DNA of 64,000 nt from Neoechinorhynchus agilis (Eukaryota > Animalia > Acanthocephala), in the NCBI GenBank assembly GCA_051530055.1, contig CM121342.1:3158512-3222511 (forward strand), in the 5' to 3' direction. The notes below the pieces were generated by a model. That model had not been told where the DNA came from. It worked only from the letters and a program-made list of their open reading frames with translations, and did not search any database. A program made the translations under genes and the position numbers. Positions 44,705 to 58,329 of the stretch are shown here, piece by piece (positions within the stretch are counted from its first letter, which is position 1; each line of letters starts with the position of its first letter).

Positions 44705-47700
44705 TTTCTGGGGCGATCGCGATAATCGTTTCATGCAACACTGGAAATATTGCTAAACGTTTGAGTCGGTGGTAAAGGCCCTCCCGCCAATTGGGTTCTT
44801 TGATGCTTAAACCCTATGCCCAATCATTGAATAGAACGTGGTCGTTTCCTGAAGTTGTTATCGTTTAATACATACGTATTTTATGGATCGCTTAATAACG
44901 AATCATGGACTCGAATTCTCACATCGCTTCGAAATCAAGTTCAACATGGCGAATATCCTTGCCTTTCTTCAATTAGTCGAACACGCGAATGCACGTGGAC
45001 ATAAATGCTCCGTTAGTGCAAAAAAGTCGTTTTTGATAAAACTGTTTCGAAAACGCTAGACTTGAAGATATTTCTACTATTTTTTAGTATAAAACTGCAA
45101 ATGTGTTTCCCCACAGTATAAAGGACAAACTCTCCATAACAAATAATTAAACGCTTCATTCTTATTTTAGTTTCAAGACTTATAAAGGCCGAATTATAGA
45201 CGTAAAATTAAAAAGTTGAAACAGAAACTCTTGATCCTTGAGGGCGTTGAGTACGTTTCTAGCTTACAAATGAAGTTTGAGCGATTTCTTTTTTGGTGAA
45301 TATAGGGATGCGTCTACTATTCATACCGCTTCTCGATAATTCACCTTGAGTTTATATTTGGATTTATTAAATACTAAATAATAAAGGCGTCGTATTATCT
45401 GTTGGAGAATTAGATATTTGAAGTCTTAGATTTTTGTAGCTCGATTTTTACTTCATAGACTTATCTAAATGATAAAAAAAGTGTCCATCTTGGCGCTTGA
45501 GAATATCTTTACGAACTCTGTGTTGTTCAAGTACAGAATTTTGCTAAATGTCAACTATTCGTTCTTAGTTAAAGCTCGAAGAAGCGGAGGCGAATTCGAA
45601 TCTCAAAGGCGTCTATTTAAAAGAAAAGATTTTATTCGGTAATCCTACAATGACGAGTTCAAGTTTGAATATCATACAACGATTTGATGAACGCGCCATT
45701 GCTCTGAGATCCGATTAAAATTCAATATCTAGTAACGAATATTGCACCAATAAAAAAACTAGAAATTTCTATTTCGTTTCCCCAGCCCTTTAAGCCTCCT
45801 GCAACTGAATATCAAACGATTTATGTTTTTGCAAAAACAAATATTCTTAAAAGCGAATTTTTAACTGTCGGATTGCCTCTTTCAGTTCAATGGATTTAGG
45901 TATTTACAAATCGATTCGAAACTAAATTCTGTTCTAAATCTAAAAGCGCTTAAATTCGAATCTAATGGAAACGCAATTATTTCACTGTTGGTCCATTTTT
46001 TTTAAACTGCTACTTTAAGATGCTGTTTGTTCTCATGAAAACTTAATTGAGCGATGTTTTCGTGTTTATCGACATGACAATTTTACTCACTTCAATTTTT
46101 AAACCCGTCAACAACATTTTGTTTTCGAGCATATCGTTTTGAAGTGTAAACATTTGTTAGTATATAAAGTCGAGTAACGAGTACATTGAGTTAAGATTTT
46201 ACAAGCTTCAATCCTTTCAAACGAACGCTTCCGAAAAATTACCTTGAGTTTTACCTGTGCAAAACAACAACACTCTATCGCTTTTGATCAATCCTCGAAA
46301 AAAAGACTGAAGACTTTTCTAATAAAAGAATCTCACCAACTGAGGCTTCAGCAAAAATACAATGATCCGAGGATTTTATTCGACAATATTCATCATTCTC
46401 GCAGCAATCGTGGCACCGACACTTTGCGAACTGCTGTGGATCTCAAAACAGCCAATGAAGCCGAAGAGAAAATGAATAGAAGTAGAGAACAAGTATTTAT
46501 CGAACTTACCTCGGCTGCGGAGAGCGGTTGGGATTTCAGCTCTAAGTATTGGTACTTAAGGAGGTTGCTCATTCGTTCTCAGAATCCAAAGCTTGAGCTT
46601 TAAAGAAATCTCTTCACAAGCAGACGAACGAATTTGTTGTTCTGTTTGTTCTTTAGGATTTTCGCATTTACCCTTTTTAGGACCATATTTTGCGAGACTT
46701 TGAACCATTTAATAGTCTGGGTTGAGTAGTTTAAATTTATCCAAAAGTACAAACTCCTTCGTTTGAAACTTTTACATAGTAAGAAATGCCTTGAAATGGC
46801 AATGGTATTCATTAATCGCCTTAAAACAAATTCAGTGGACTTGAGTATTCATTGGTTTATTTTGAGTCTTAGCTTTTCGGAACAGTAAAGTCCAAACAAA
46901 TCTTCTGATTTTTTATTCGCTCTTAAATCCATTTAAGTACCAATACAATCGTTGGCTGGCATACACCGGAACCACACGCGAGGAGAATGTATAGTACTCG
47001 TACAACCCGGATTATTCCAGTTTGCCTCAATAGTATTCTTTTCCTTGTGGCGGATAAATTGTCCAAATTTGAATTATTGCTAAATAGGACGGATAAGGTT
47101 CAATATTTTAATAATCAAAAGGAACGAATTCGAATGGGTTTAACAAAATACATGTGGGATCCTGTCGATCTTCAATGGTATGACTTTGATTTGGACTTTA
47201 ACGCTACTCACAAAACCTTCTATGCATCGAATCTGTTTCCTTTGTGGGCAAAGAGCCATTCGTTAACTGACGATGAACTGCACAGGATCGTCAAACGGCT
47301 TGAGGACCTCGACGTATTGTCGTTTCCCAGCGGCTTTCCAACTTCATTTGTCACAAGCCTTGAACAGTGGGACCTCCCAAATGCTTGGGCACCTGTGCAG
47401 GATATCGTAATCCGAGGCTTAATGAATATCAAGTGTGGAAATTCCGCTGGGTTAGCCTTTGATTTGTTAGAAAGATGGATTGCTAACAATTATCAAACAT
47501 TCAAATCAACTTCGAATATGTACGAAAAGTACAGCGCCGTAACTTCCGGATACCCTGGAGAGGGTGGCGAATACGACGTTCAAGTTGGTTTTGGATGGAC
47601 TAATGGGGTGGCGCTTAACTATTTATTCGAGTTTGGTCATCGCTTAGTCATTAAGTCTCCGTTTGACTTCAGGACGACCACAATAGTCATTGGTGTAGTA

Positions 47701-49020
47701 TTTGGACTTCTCGGCATTTATAGTATCCTTCTGTAGTTCTAAAGCTTAAGCTACGTTCCGGTTGTGAATTGCTTCGCATATTCCTCACACCTTCACGTAA
47801 AATATAGATAGCATTTGCCGAGAAGTCCAGATACTACACCAAGGACTATTGTGGCGGTCTTGTAGTCAAACGGAGGCTTGTTGACTAAGCGATGACCAAA
47901 CATGGATAAATAGTTAGGCGAAACCAGCTTGAGCGTCGTATTCACCGCCCTCTCCAGCGTAGCTTCTGGACTTCTCGGCATCTATATTGTAATGGTATCC
48001 ATATTTGACGTGAAGATTAGAGTTGCTATGAGGAATATGCGACGCGATTAGCGACCGGAACGTGGCTTAAGTTTTGGAACTTCAGATTCGTGATCTTTTT
48101 TATTGCGGTTAATAACTGTATATTTTTGTTTCTCTATTGTGTGAAGATTGTGATTCGCTGAGGGTGCAATTGCCTTCTATAAACCTAGAATTTGATTGGG
48201 ACAGAAAATTCATATCTTAATGAGACGATCGTGATACCAAAATGCGCAATTTCTTCAAAATAATTATATTCATTTTAATTCTTATGGTCTTAGTTAATTT
48301 CAGGTTGTTGAATATTTTAATAATGTGTTCTCCAGTACTGAGTTTTATCTAAATAAGAGGACGACAGCTTTCGTCCTTCCTCAAATGAATTTAAATGAGA
48401 GCAGATAACCTGATGGCGAATTTTTTAAACAAGTAAACTTCACAAGAATGCTTAAAACAGTGAACTTTATTAAATCTGATTTACAAATGGGATACTGTTA
48501 CATTTTGTATAGGTTTCAAATTTCATTTAGTTGAAATCTATTTGAAAGATACAAATGGATGATTTCCATATAATGCATTGAATTATATTTGAGAATTCGA
48601 TTTCGGAAAATTCGGTATACGTTCTGCAAGAGGAATGTTTTCTTTGTCATCAAACTTTGGATGAAGTTATTGACATTAAACCGGACGTAAATTTTCTTCA
48701 TTAAACAAAATCTGTTCTTAGAACACCTTAAAATTTGAAGTAGAAAATATCAGCTTTCTAAAATAGCTAAGAAGTGCATTATCCTCTTGAACCGATTAAA
48801 TGCATTTGGAAAAGTAGCCTCTTTCCTTTTTTACAGTTCGTATGACTCCTTTATTATATTGCGAATATTAAATACACTTACAGGATAGTATTTTTTAAGG
48901 TCCGAGCATCAAAAAAGCTACCCAGAATGTCGGGAATAGTTTAAAAAATGTTTGAAATTTCAGCTGCTTTAAACCAACCCGAAAATTAAATCACTTATTT
49001 TTGAATCGATCGTCCAAAAT
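44704..49020 (+). repeat. Deleted direct duplicate of 93-6575
   Basis: PK fragment 93-159 joined to 1535; later blocks colinear with 1535-6575 apart from the listed deletions and replacements. Confidence 0.92.
46362..47736 (+). pseudogene. TREH: Trehalase pseudogene
   Basis: 784-bp frameshifting deletion (equivalent to 3441-4224), retains the IR-bounded insertion (46546-46946), C-terminus truncated at GIYSILL*. Confidence 0.9.
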
Positions 49021-49025
49021 CTTGA

Positions 49026-49538
49026 TACGAATCAATACATCAAGTACCCAACAATTTCCTTCTGAATCTAACGTTTCCCGCAAATCGACAGATTAAATCT
49101 CAAGGTAAAAAATAAGATTTTAAATGTTACAGATTTCCGTCAAATCCAAAATAAACAGCGCCTGAGGTGCAATGCTCATAATTTTTTATATTGTACACTC
49201 TGTTCTCCTTTCTTAAACGCCAAATTGCTTTTGAATTGTGGTTTATCAATCCTTCGTTTGAATCTCAAATTCTCATCTGATCCCATAATTTCATAAACTC
49301 AGTTATTTTGGGACCTTCCATCGGCATATTGCTGATGTGTTTTACAAGCAAATAGAGAACAGATATCAAGAAAAAAATTAGACGCGAAAATTTTTCGTAG
49401 AAGCCTGTTTTCGGTAGTCGGTTGTTACTTTTTTTTAAGGATGATGCTGTCATCTACGATGGGCGGATCAAATCTCGCGAAATCTACCAATGGCGCGACT
49501 GGTAAGCCGCTGGCTGAGCTACAGAAACGTGCTGTGCC
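49026..49538. repeat. 513-bp direct repeat, copy 2
   Basis: Near-identical to 44193-44704. Confidence 0.9.
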
Positions 49539-49544
49539 ATTTAT

Positions 49545-52140
49545 TAGGAAAACTAAAATCAATAATTTTCTATCGAGGTTGTAAGAACCATACGCACCGA
49601 TTTCGGTCAAGGAAGCGCTGGTCTTCGCTCAATGTCCATGGCCGTAGAGTTATAAGTTTGTACATTCCCCCGGATTTCAGTGGACTAGAGCTCGTAATTC
49701 CAGTTTGAGTTAAAGGTTTCGAATCTTGAATTCGTCCAGTGAATAAATAAAATTTAAAGGCATGATTTCGCATCAGCGGCTCCTATCTTCATGCCAATAC
49801 ATAAAGAAGCCACAAAATCAAAATCCTTTTTGAGTGCAACAACAAGGATTTATTCGTTAGGAATCGCAATGTATTTACAAATTTTGGATCGGACAGTGAG
49901 GATAGCGATTCAGGACATTTTTAAATCGATCCACCGGTACGTTTTGTCGTACCAATCTGTAGTATGCGCCCAAGGGTATTGAAGATGTTGGAGAGTTTTA
50001 AGGAAGGTATCCCGGAATACCATACGTTGGTCAGGTGGTCGGCCGCGGGAGTAAAAAACAAGGCCCGAAATAGCCCATGCGTTCCAAACTGAACGAATAC
50101 ACTTCAAAGGAAGGCCTAGCCGTTGCGATCTTCGTGCCTTTATGTTCGCAAGTTTTAATAATTTTTTAAGTTTGGCTAAGTCATGAAAGGGGGAAAAATT
50201 AGCCGTAAATGAATAACCCAAAATGGTCAGCTTAGAGGGGGTTTTGTAAATATTGGTACCAAAAAAATTGTTGAATGCCTCAAAAAGCTTTATTTTGCCC
50301 GTCCGTGACTTGGATTTAATAATAAACTGGGTTTTCTTGGGGTTCAGCTGCAGACCCATCATAGGGAGTGTGTCTTCAAGAAAAGTTAAGAGAGCGAGAA
50401 GCCGTTTTTTAGCTCCCAGATAATTGACCTTCTTGATGACCGCAGTCATATCGTCTGCGTAGATGGAGGTGGCTTTGCAAACCCTGCAGTTCCGTATGAT
50501 AAACTGGGTGGCGAGGCAGAAGAGTATAGGGGACAGCGGGGAACCCTAAGGAACTCCTTTGGTCTGATAATATGTGCTATTAACGGGATCGTCTAGGAAG
50601 AAAAAGGATTTATACCTTAATGTATTAGAGACCCGAGCGATGATATTGTACGGAAAATCAAAGAATTTAAGAATATTAATGATAAAGTCTATATTGATGT
50701 TGTCAAATGCCCGGGATATATCAAACGAAACCAATAAATTCGTTGAGTTTTGATTATTGTAGAAATGATTTGCGATCTCCCTAATTACTGAGTGCACCGA
50801 TTTCCAAGGTAGAAACCAGTGGCAACGTGGGTCAACGCATTTGTGCTCCACCGCAAACTCCAAAATGTATCGGGCAAGAGCTCTCTCGTAAATCGAGGCT
50901 AAGGAGTTTTGTATGGAGATAGGCCGAACAGCGTTGACTGATGATATTTTTCGACGTTTGTCTTTCACTAGAAATATGCGTTTTGCCAGATTAATCGAAC
51001 CCCACTCTTGTGGCGGAGCTCGTACCAAGGCCCTTGCAATATAGTCAACATTCTCCTCAGATAGAACATTTGAGGCCTTAAAGGAAGCGGATTTACTATT
51101 TGAGGAGGATAGATTTTTTGGCCGCTAAACCTTAATTATGTCATTAGCAGAAAGATCCGGTCTATGGCGTTTGATGGGCAAAAACTCGAGATGGACTGGG
51201 ATGTTAGAGCAACCAGCTGAATGTTCTATGCACAGATCGGCCACCACACTGGGAATCCCAGCCTCCCTAATCCAGGCGCCCGCCGCCTCTTCCAGGAGAC
51301 AAAACTTTTTTTGGCTGCTATTCGCCACCATTGAGAGGAGTAGGGAACTAAAGACTCGATCGCTCTTATATCACACGACATTTGATATCTAGACCGACAT
51401 GGCCAATAAAGGGAAGACCAAAACTTAGCCTCCACCTGATTACCCTCCGAACGAGCTAAAAACAATTGTTTCCCATATAAATTCAGAAGCCGGGGCTTAG
51501 TAGACGCGAAATTGCGCTTAGACACTACTGTCAGAAATGAGTCACTTGCTTCGGCAAGGACATTATTTCGTAAAGAGAAAATGATTGACTAGTATTGAGG
51601 GATATCCTAGCAGCCAAATTAAAAAAGTGGATATTATGTGAAGCCAGTTTGAATTTCCTATTCAATAGGGAGTTATTTGAGAGGTTCCATAGGATCGCAT
51701 CATGTCCACAGCTATTAAAAAAATGCAGTTTGTGAGGAAACTATTGGCCTCAAATGCGAGCCTTTCTTTGCTATGCATATAAGAACGAGCAACCTCTTGT
51801 ATGAAAGTTGGGAGAGGAGGGCAAATAACTTCATGATGGTCAGTGATACGAGCGATCGCTCGAATCCACTTACCGGATGGGTCATTAAAATCGCCGAAAA
51901 GGAGATCGATCCCCGAGAGCAATAGACTTTTAAGTATGTCTTTGATAGCTCTATGATGAATTTTATTCGGTCGAACGTAAACATTCGCCACCGAAACTTT
52001 TTTGTTTTCGGAACCACCAAGTGTTGCGACGTAGGATGGCATACGGCAATCCAACTCACTGAAAATTAAGGTACCTCCGGACATACGGAGGCACCTTCTC
52101 AGTGATCGTTCAGAGGGTGACATACGGCCACCCACAAAGC
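49545..52140 (-). mobile_element. I/Jockey-group-like non-LTR ORF2 (APE plus RT), degenerate
   Basis: VANVYV, LFGDFND, VRPISIQNSL, SFDISRAFDNI, KGVP*GSPLSP, YADDM, GLQLNPKKT, ILGY. Confidence 0.88.
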
Positions 52141-52169
52141 TTCAAACTTCAATAGGTGATACACACAAA

Positions 52170-54450
52170 ATTATATACTTCGATCAGCCCGTTAAAAAGG
52201 ACGATTACGTAACCAAAATATCTGCGATTCCAATCGCATCAAAGGAAATCACATGGGGACGTTTCCTCAAACCATGGCTGAACACTAAGAAGGATAGCAT
52301 ACTAAGAATCAGATCAACTTCATTCTGGAATGGTACTTTAAAAATTGTCTTCGTCAACAACACTGAAATGGACGACTTCGAATCCTTTGTGAAGGGTCGG
52401 CACGACGAAAAAATTTCAACATTCAATCCTTCCGCAACAAAGCAACTTTCATTGCTCACAACATTGGGAGTTTATCTTCGCCTGATACGATTCAAGACTT
52501 TGAGATTAAATTTTTCTTGAAATCCAGGCAGACGGGAAAGGCAATTCCAGTGGGAATAGTTAAAACCGACATGGATCAAATGGAAACTCTTTGCTCCCGC
52601 AAGTGTATATTCCAGTGTATGGAAATCACATTCACAAAAAATTCAAATACAGAATCAAATCTCGTGTACCCCACAATGCCACATATGCCTACAGTGGGGA
52701 CACTGGAATCAAAACTGTCCCAATAGAACCCAAAAATGTTGCTTCTGTGCTGAGGATCACCACATTTCCTCATGCACAAATAAAACAAGCAAATGTGCCA
52801 ATTGTGATGATCGCACCAAAGTTATTATAAAGGATGTTCATGCTTTAAAGCTTACGTGGAGGCCTGGAAAGCGAACTCTGAATTAAAAAGAAATTCGAAC
52901 AATATAAAGATCGCCCCATCAACACCCTCCTATTATACGAGTAAGATTACGGTTTCGGATAACGCCGGACCTCCATCCCAACCCGTCTGTAATGAAGAGG
53001 AGATATGCCAAAGAATCTTTGACAAAGTCCTACATGAAGTTACTCATCGGATATCAACACTTTTCAACAACCTGAAGAAACAAATCGCTCAACAAATACA
53101 ATATTTACTCGCCATCACGATTCCGATTGTAAATCCGACACCGAATAACAATAACTTAGCAGCACCAGATTCGAATAAGGTCAGCAGTAACCCACCTGCA
53201 ACGGCCAATCCACACAGAGGAAAGAGACAACCGACTAAAGCTAGTAAAGCAGGTGGAAAAACTTTCGTCGCTCGATAAATGAAGGAAATAACAAACTCAT
53301 CACTAGCGACTCTGACGCTGTGATGGATGTTGTAGAATGACGATGAGTTGGTCCTCGCCAACGCCGCTTAACCTGCACTGCTTACAATGGAATTCGGGTG
53401 GAGCCGCGGCTCTAAACAGGTTTGATATTTTTACTTACATCACAGAAGATGTTATCTGTATTCAAGAGGCCAAAGAGGCTGCAGTAGGATCCTATGTTTT
53501 ACCACAAGCATTTTTACTAAAATACGATGTTTTCCCAACATTTCCGTTGAATCATTACTGTAGCGGTCTCTTAACAATCTTTAAAAAACATCTTTAAGCG
53601 TCGCTGATCCAAAATTACATTAGTGAAAATCTTTCCTATGCCATTTTTAAAATTCACGCGAACGGAAAGGAGTGTATGCTGATTGGCAACATTTACGTAA
53701 GTCCTAAATTTATCCATAAGAAAGATACGAAGGACATCATTTGTAACCTTTTAAGCTTGGGCAACATCTCTTTATTTGGTGATTTTAACGACCCTACAGG
53801 AGAATGGACGAAAGCTATAGCAAATAGAGAAGGCTCTCATGTATTTTTAACACCCACCCAACCCACATTTCACAGGATATCGAGTAATGTTCACTATTGG
53901 TTGGATGGATGCTATGTCCCATCCCACCGACAGGACGGATTACAGTTGCAAAACAATGCGATTTATCGGAAGCATGCTATCATGATCTGATAACATGGTA
54001 CTTATCCAGCGACAAGTCTTTAAGCCGCAGATTCCGGTTTTCGCCGTAGCTTTTTTCAATTTCGCCATTAAACGCTCCCTTCACGAATTTCTGAATCTCC
54101 AGGAATGGAATTCTTAACTTTTTAATCTCTCAAACAAATTTTTATCTATTCCCAATCATTTTTCAAGAGGAGCAGTTACCTCAAGCTGTCTTAAATACTG
54201 TGCATCCCAAATTAAAAAAGCTAACTTGCATCAGGATGCCCCATGCAAAAGTTTTGGTCCAACAAATACTGGTCTTGCAATTATAATCGAACGCCCTAGT
54301 ATCTCTTTATGAGAAAGCTCTTGCCAACCGTTTGATGGAATTTTGTAGGGAAAAGGACGTTATAAACGGTTGAGCATTAACATGGCACGGAGAATTCTTC
54401 TCGTAAAAGCCAAAAAGAAGGTGGTCAATTCCAACGAAGACTGGCACTCC
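52170..54450 (+). mobile_element. I/Jockey-group-like element: gag-like ORF1 with zinc knuckles, APE, start of RT; frameshifted
   Basis: With frameshift: QCHICLQWGHWNQNC, CCFCAEDHHISSC, CANC; then LQWN, VICIQE, IGNIYV, LFGDFND, WLDG, SLYEKALANRL. Confidence 0.85.
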
Positions 54451-54544
54451 GGTGACTGCTGTAAACGAACGAACGCATCGCGGTACTGGGTGACTTTAAA
54501 TTTAAAATATTGAACGTTCCATTTGGGAAACAACATAACAACAA

Positions 54545-55145
54545 CATTTCTTTGAACTTTACTCTCACTTGAGAGGTCGTTCTTTTCAGCATTGTCAGCT
54601 TTCGTCTTCGTTATTCTCCTTTCCGAGCGTCTTGAGATCTCCGCTCATACTGTCCTTGCACCTCTTCTTGTGCATCCCTCTTTTCCTTTTCCCCTCGAGC
54701 TCGATTCTCCATACGCTCTTCACCCAGACGTCTTCATCTGCTTGTGTCACCTGCAGGTAGCATCGCATCCGCCTCTTAGCGATTGCCTCCTCTATCGGCT
54801 CGACAGCAAACAGCTATCGCACCTCCTCATTGTTCACTCGATCCTTGCGTGTCAATCCTGCAGACCATCTCAGCATACGCATTTCGTTGACGGCTAATCG
54901 TTGAACGTCTACCTTCTTCGTAGCCCACGTCTCTGCTCAGTAAAGCATTGCGGGTCGCACTACTGCCTTGTACACCCGCCCTTAAATCTTGTTCGGGAGA
55001 AGCTTATCGCAAAGGATGCCTATTGTCTTCCTCCAGTTGTTCCACCTGCATTGAACTCTTTGTCCGATCTCTGGTGTGAGCTCACATTGCATGTTCAACA
55101 TGCTGCCCAAATATTTGAAGGTGTTCATCTTTTCGAAACATGCCG
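54545..55145 (-). mobile_element. RTE-clade non-LTR element 3' end, degenerate
   Basis: TFKYLGS, VYKAVVRPAMLY*AETWA, EMRMLRW..LTRKDRVNNEEVR, GKRKRG. Confidence 0.85.
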
Positions 55146-55499
55146 TTCGTGCATTTAAAAGGATATATTCAGCTTTCAGGTTTTTAATACCAAGAGAATA
55201 TTAGATCGGCTGCAGTATTTGTAAGCCAGAGCAAACCTACGGATACATCAGAAGCGACCAAGGAAACTGCGCGTAATCCTATTCGCTAGAGAGATTTTCT
55301 TCGAGCCTACACATTTAACGGGAGAAATATTTCTATGTTAATATTGTTGCAGAGATGGCCGAGATGATTAAAATGTATCGGGCAAAGATGTGTTTGAGCT
55401 TTTAAGAGATGGTGTTTAATACGAAGATTTTCAAATCGGACTGATTTTTTTGAAGAATCTTCCAATGAAGATATACATTAAAAGTGTTTACAAATAAAT

Positions 55500-55800
55500 T
55501 GATAAAAGCCACATGCAAGCAGTTAACAAATAATAATCAACATTAATTATTCTACAAATGATACAAGCTTAAAAGAGCAAAATGAGGCCATCAATGCGAA
55601 GTAGTTAAATTTTCGGAAAAAAAGCTGCGTTAGAAATAAAAACTTACGTCCATTGTCCACAAAATGGACATGGCAATGAAATGGCAGAATAGAGCAAACG
55701 ATTTTATGTACGACAACAAACTGATTTGATTGCGATTGTTCTTATATTGGCGGACTGGAACACATTGGTCCAATTATTTTTAAACAAGGCAACTTCACCA
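55500..55800 (-). CDS. Candidate hydrophobic coding fragment spanning a 23-nt intron (55625-55647)
   Basis: GTAAGTTTTTATTTCTAACGCAG has textbook donor, CTAAC branch and CAG; splicing gives ...FALFCHFIAMSILWTMD/LFFRKFNYFALMASFCSFKLVSFVE. No homology recognised. Confidence 0.3.
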
Positions 55801-56439
55801 ACACCTCCTGTCGGCCGTATTCGAATTTCACGCCGACGGAATCACAGATGGGATCGCTTGTGCGTACAGTTTCGCAAACTCTCAGCTAATAGAGCAAAGA
55901 AGCCGCATATTTTGAGCTTTTACAGTCAACAATCATAAATGTCCAGGTTTAGTAACTTTTATTTACGAGTCCTAAAATATTCAAAAAAAGGAAGATAAAA
56001 TTTTTATGAATTTGATAAGATTGTTGTTTTATCGGTCGGCTTAAATATTGTAACTTTATTAGTGGTCGCCTCTTTTCTAGCCGCGAGTCAAAAGCGACTC
56101 ATTAAAACTCAAGTCACTTTCACCCTCTTTAAGGTAAATGGTGTTTGTTCTGACATTTAGGGTCGCTTTTCTTAATGAATATCAACGACATGATCATCAT
56201 GAGTTGCTAGAAAGTGACATGAACGATTCAATTGGTATCAAAAAACAACATTTAAAGGATTGAGATCATATGGAAGCCTTCGCGTTCATTTATTTCGTTG
56301 TTTGAATAAGAATATTCCGTAAAAAGCGAAAAGGGCAGTATACTACTTCGCAAGTTCAATTTTCGCCCTAACACCATTTTTATCCGAGTTCAATCGAGAA
56401 GGGGGAGAAAGCCATGGATCGCGGATGGAACATGGCCAA

Positions 56440-57430
56440 CCGATAACGTGGTCGCCGATGCCATGACATCCAATACGTGCACTGATATTGATGATCTACA
56501 TGGGCAGCTGACCATCCTGGCGTTATTCGGATGTTACACTACGTCACACAAAACAACGTTCCGTATTCCACCGAAGAAATTCGAAAGATAATCAGTTCGT
56601 GCCCCGTTTGCTGCAAAATTAAACCGCGATTCTTCAAACCACGGGGTTTACACCTCATCAAGTCAATAAGGCAATTTCAGCGTCTCTCAGTCGATTTTAG
56701 AGGCCCATTACCATCCACAACGAACGGAAACCGTTACTTATACGTAGCAATTGACGAATATTCCAGGTTTCCGATTGCATTTGCATGTCGTGATTGCTCG
56801 CCTGCCACCGTGAAGCTATGCTTGACAAGCATATTTTCGATATTTGGTCATCCAGGATATATTCATTCTGACCGATTAACTCCCTTCGTCTGCCAAGATT
56901 TGCGCGAGTGGTTGAATGCCAGGCACGTCCGTTTCAGTCACACGGCCGCTTTTCACCCACAGAGCAACGGGCAATGCGAACGCTATAATGGTACGATTTG
57001 GAAGACAATCGAATTAATTCTGATGGACAAGAATTTGCGGATGTTGAAATGGTCCGACGTACTTCACGAAGCCCTGGATAAGGTTTTAATGTTGCTGTGT
57101 ACGAGTAACGGCAAAACTCCCCATGAAAGAATGTTCAACTTCGAGTCTCTTTATGGATACTTCCAAACTTCAACGATGGCCTGTGAAACACTTCCGAGCT
57201 GGATAAACTCGTGCGACAACGTCTTCTTGAAGGATCTTAATCCACGCTCGAAGTACGACAGTAAAGTTAGCGAAGTGGAACTAGTCAGCGGAAACGAAAA
57301 ACACTCATTGATCCGGTACCCAGATAATCATGAGGATATCGTATCCACTCAAAGACTCTCCAAAGGTAGCGCGGAAGTACGACAATATCGAAAAATTAAG
57401 CGATCACGCTGGAGGTTTACCCATCGCTAA
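56440..57430 (+). mobile_element. Ty3/Gypsy integrase (HHCC plus DDE), stop-free 299-aa ORF
   Basis: DNVVADA upstream; CPVC, FQRLSVDFRGPLP, IDEYSRFP, IHSDR, FHPQSNGQCERYN, TPHERMF. Confidence 0.93.
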
Positions 57431-58329
57431 ACAATGACATAATTTCGCACTATCGGGGAACTCGCGGTTACACCGGTAAATAATGAGTGACCGACTTGGT
57501 TACGAAATATGTCTTAGAAAACGGAAAAATGGTTAGAAGAACATGCAGGAGCCACAGAACAATCTAAACAATTGTCCACAACTAACCTTCGCCTCTCCTT
57601 GTCGATCATTCTTAAAAATGTCTGCGATATCAAATCTTTTGCGCCTCGTACAGGATAATATGTTTACCAATCGATAGTGTTATTTCTAAAATTAGCAGGA
57701 TCTTATTATTAGAATAAGAATATTTGACAGTATTACTCTGCTATTTGTAAAATATTGTTTTGCTTAAAGTAATTCGTAATAAAAAAGAAATTAACTAATC
57801 TTTCATTCCCGGAAACGGACTGTCAATTTGTTTCGCTTTATTTTAAAATAACAGGAAAACTGTATTGGTTGATCAGCAAGCATCCCCTTACCAAAGAAAA
57901 TGAAGATTACTAAGGCGAATGATTTTATTATGATTATTATCGACGTGTATGATAGCCTCAATATCTCGAAGATAGATATTATGTTGGCGTCGAAAGATGG
58001 AGAATGGGAAATCTGTGCAAAGCACCCTTCTAAATTTCTAAAAATTTATTAATATCAAGTTGAATTTACCAGGATAAAGACACGAACTAATGGATAATCC
58101 CCGATTGACAAATGATCTCAAAATGTTTTTATTTCTGCAAAAAAAAAGTAAATCTTCACTGACTTATGTTAATTTGAGAACTTATTTCGTTCTACCCGAT
58201 ATTTCAGAAGCTATTCGAAGGAAAATGCAGGATGTCTTATTAATTGGAATGTGTATGTTCGCCCTAAACCAAGGTTTTTGTGGCTTTGCTTCCATAAGGC
58301 ACAAAAGTCACCCAAAACATTCTTCATCA

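Noticed and set aside
44193-49538. LTR retrotransposon or retrocopy
   Set aside because: Repeats lack TG..CA ends, no primer-binding site or polypurine tract seen, and the cargo keeps intergenic DNA and the intron.
49545-54450. Twin-priming 5' inversion of one element
   Set aside because: Both halves have their own, substantially different APE domains.
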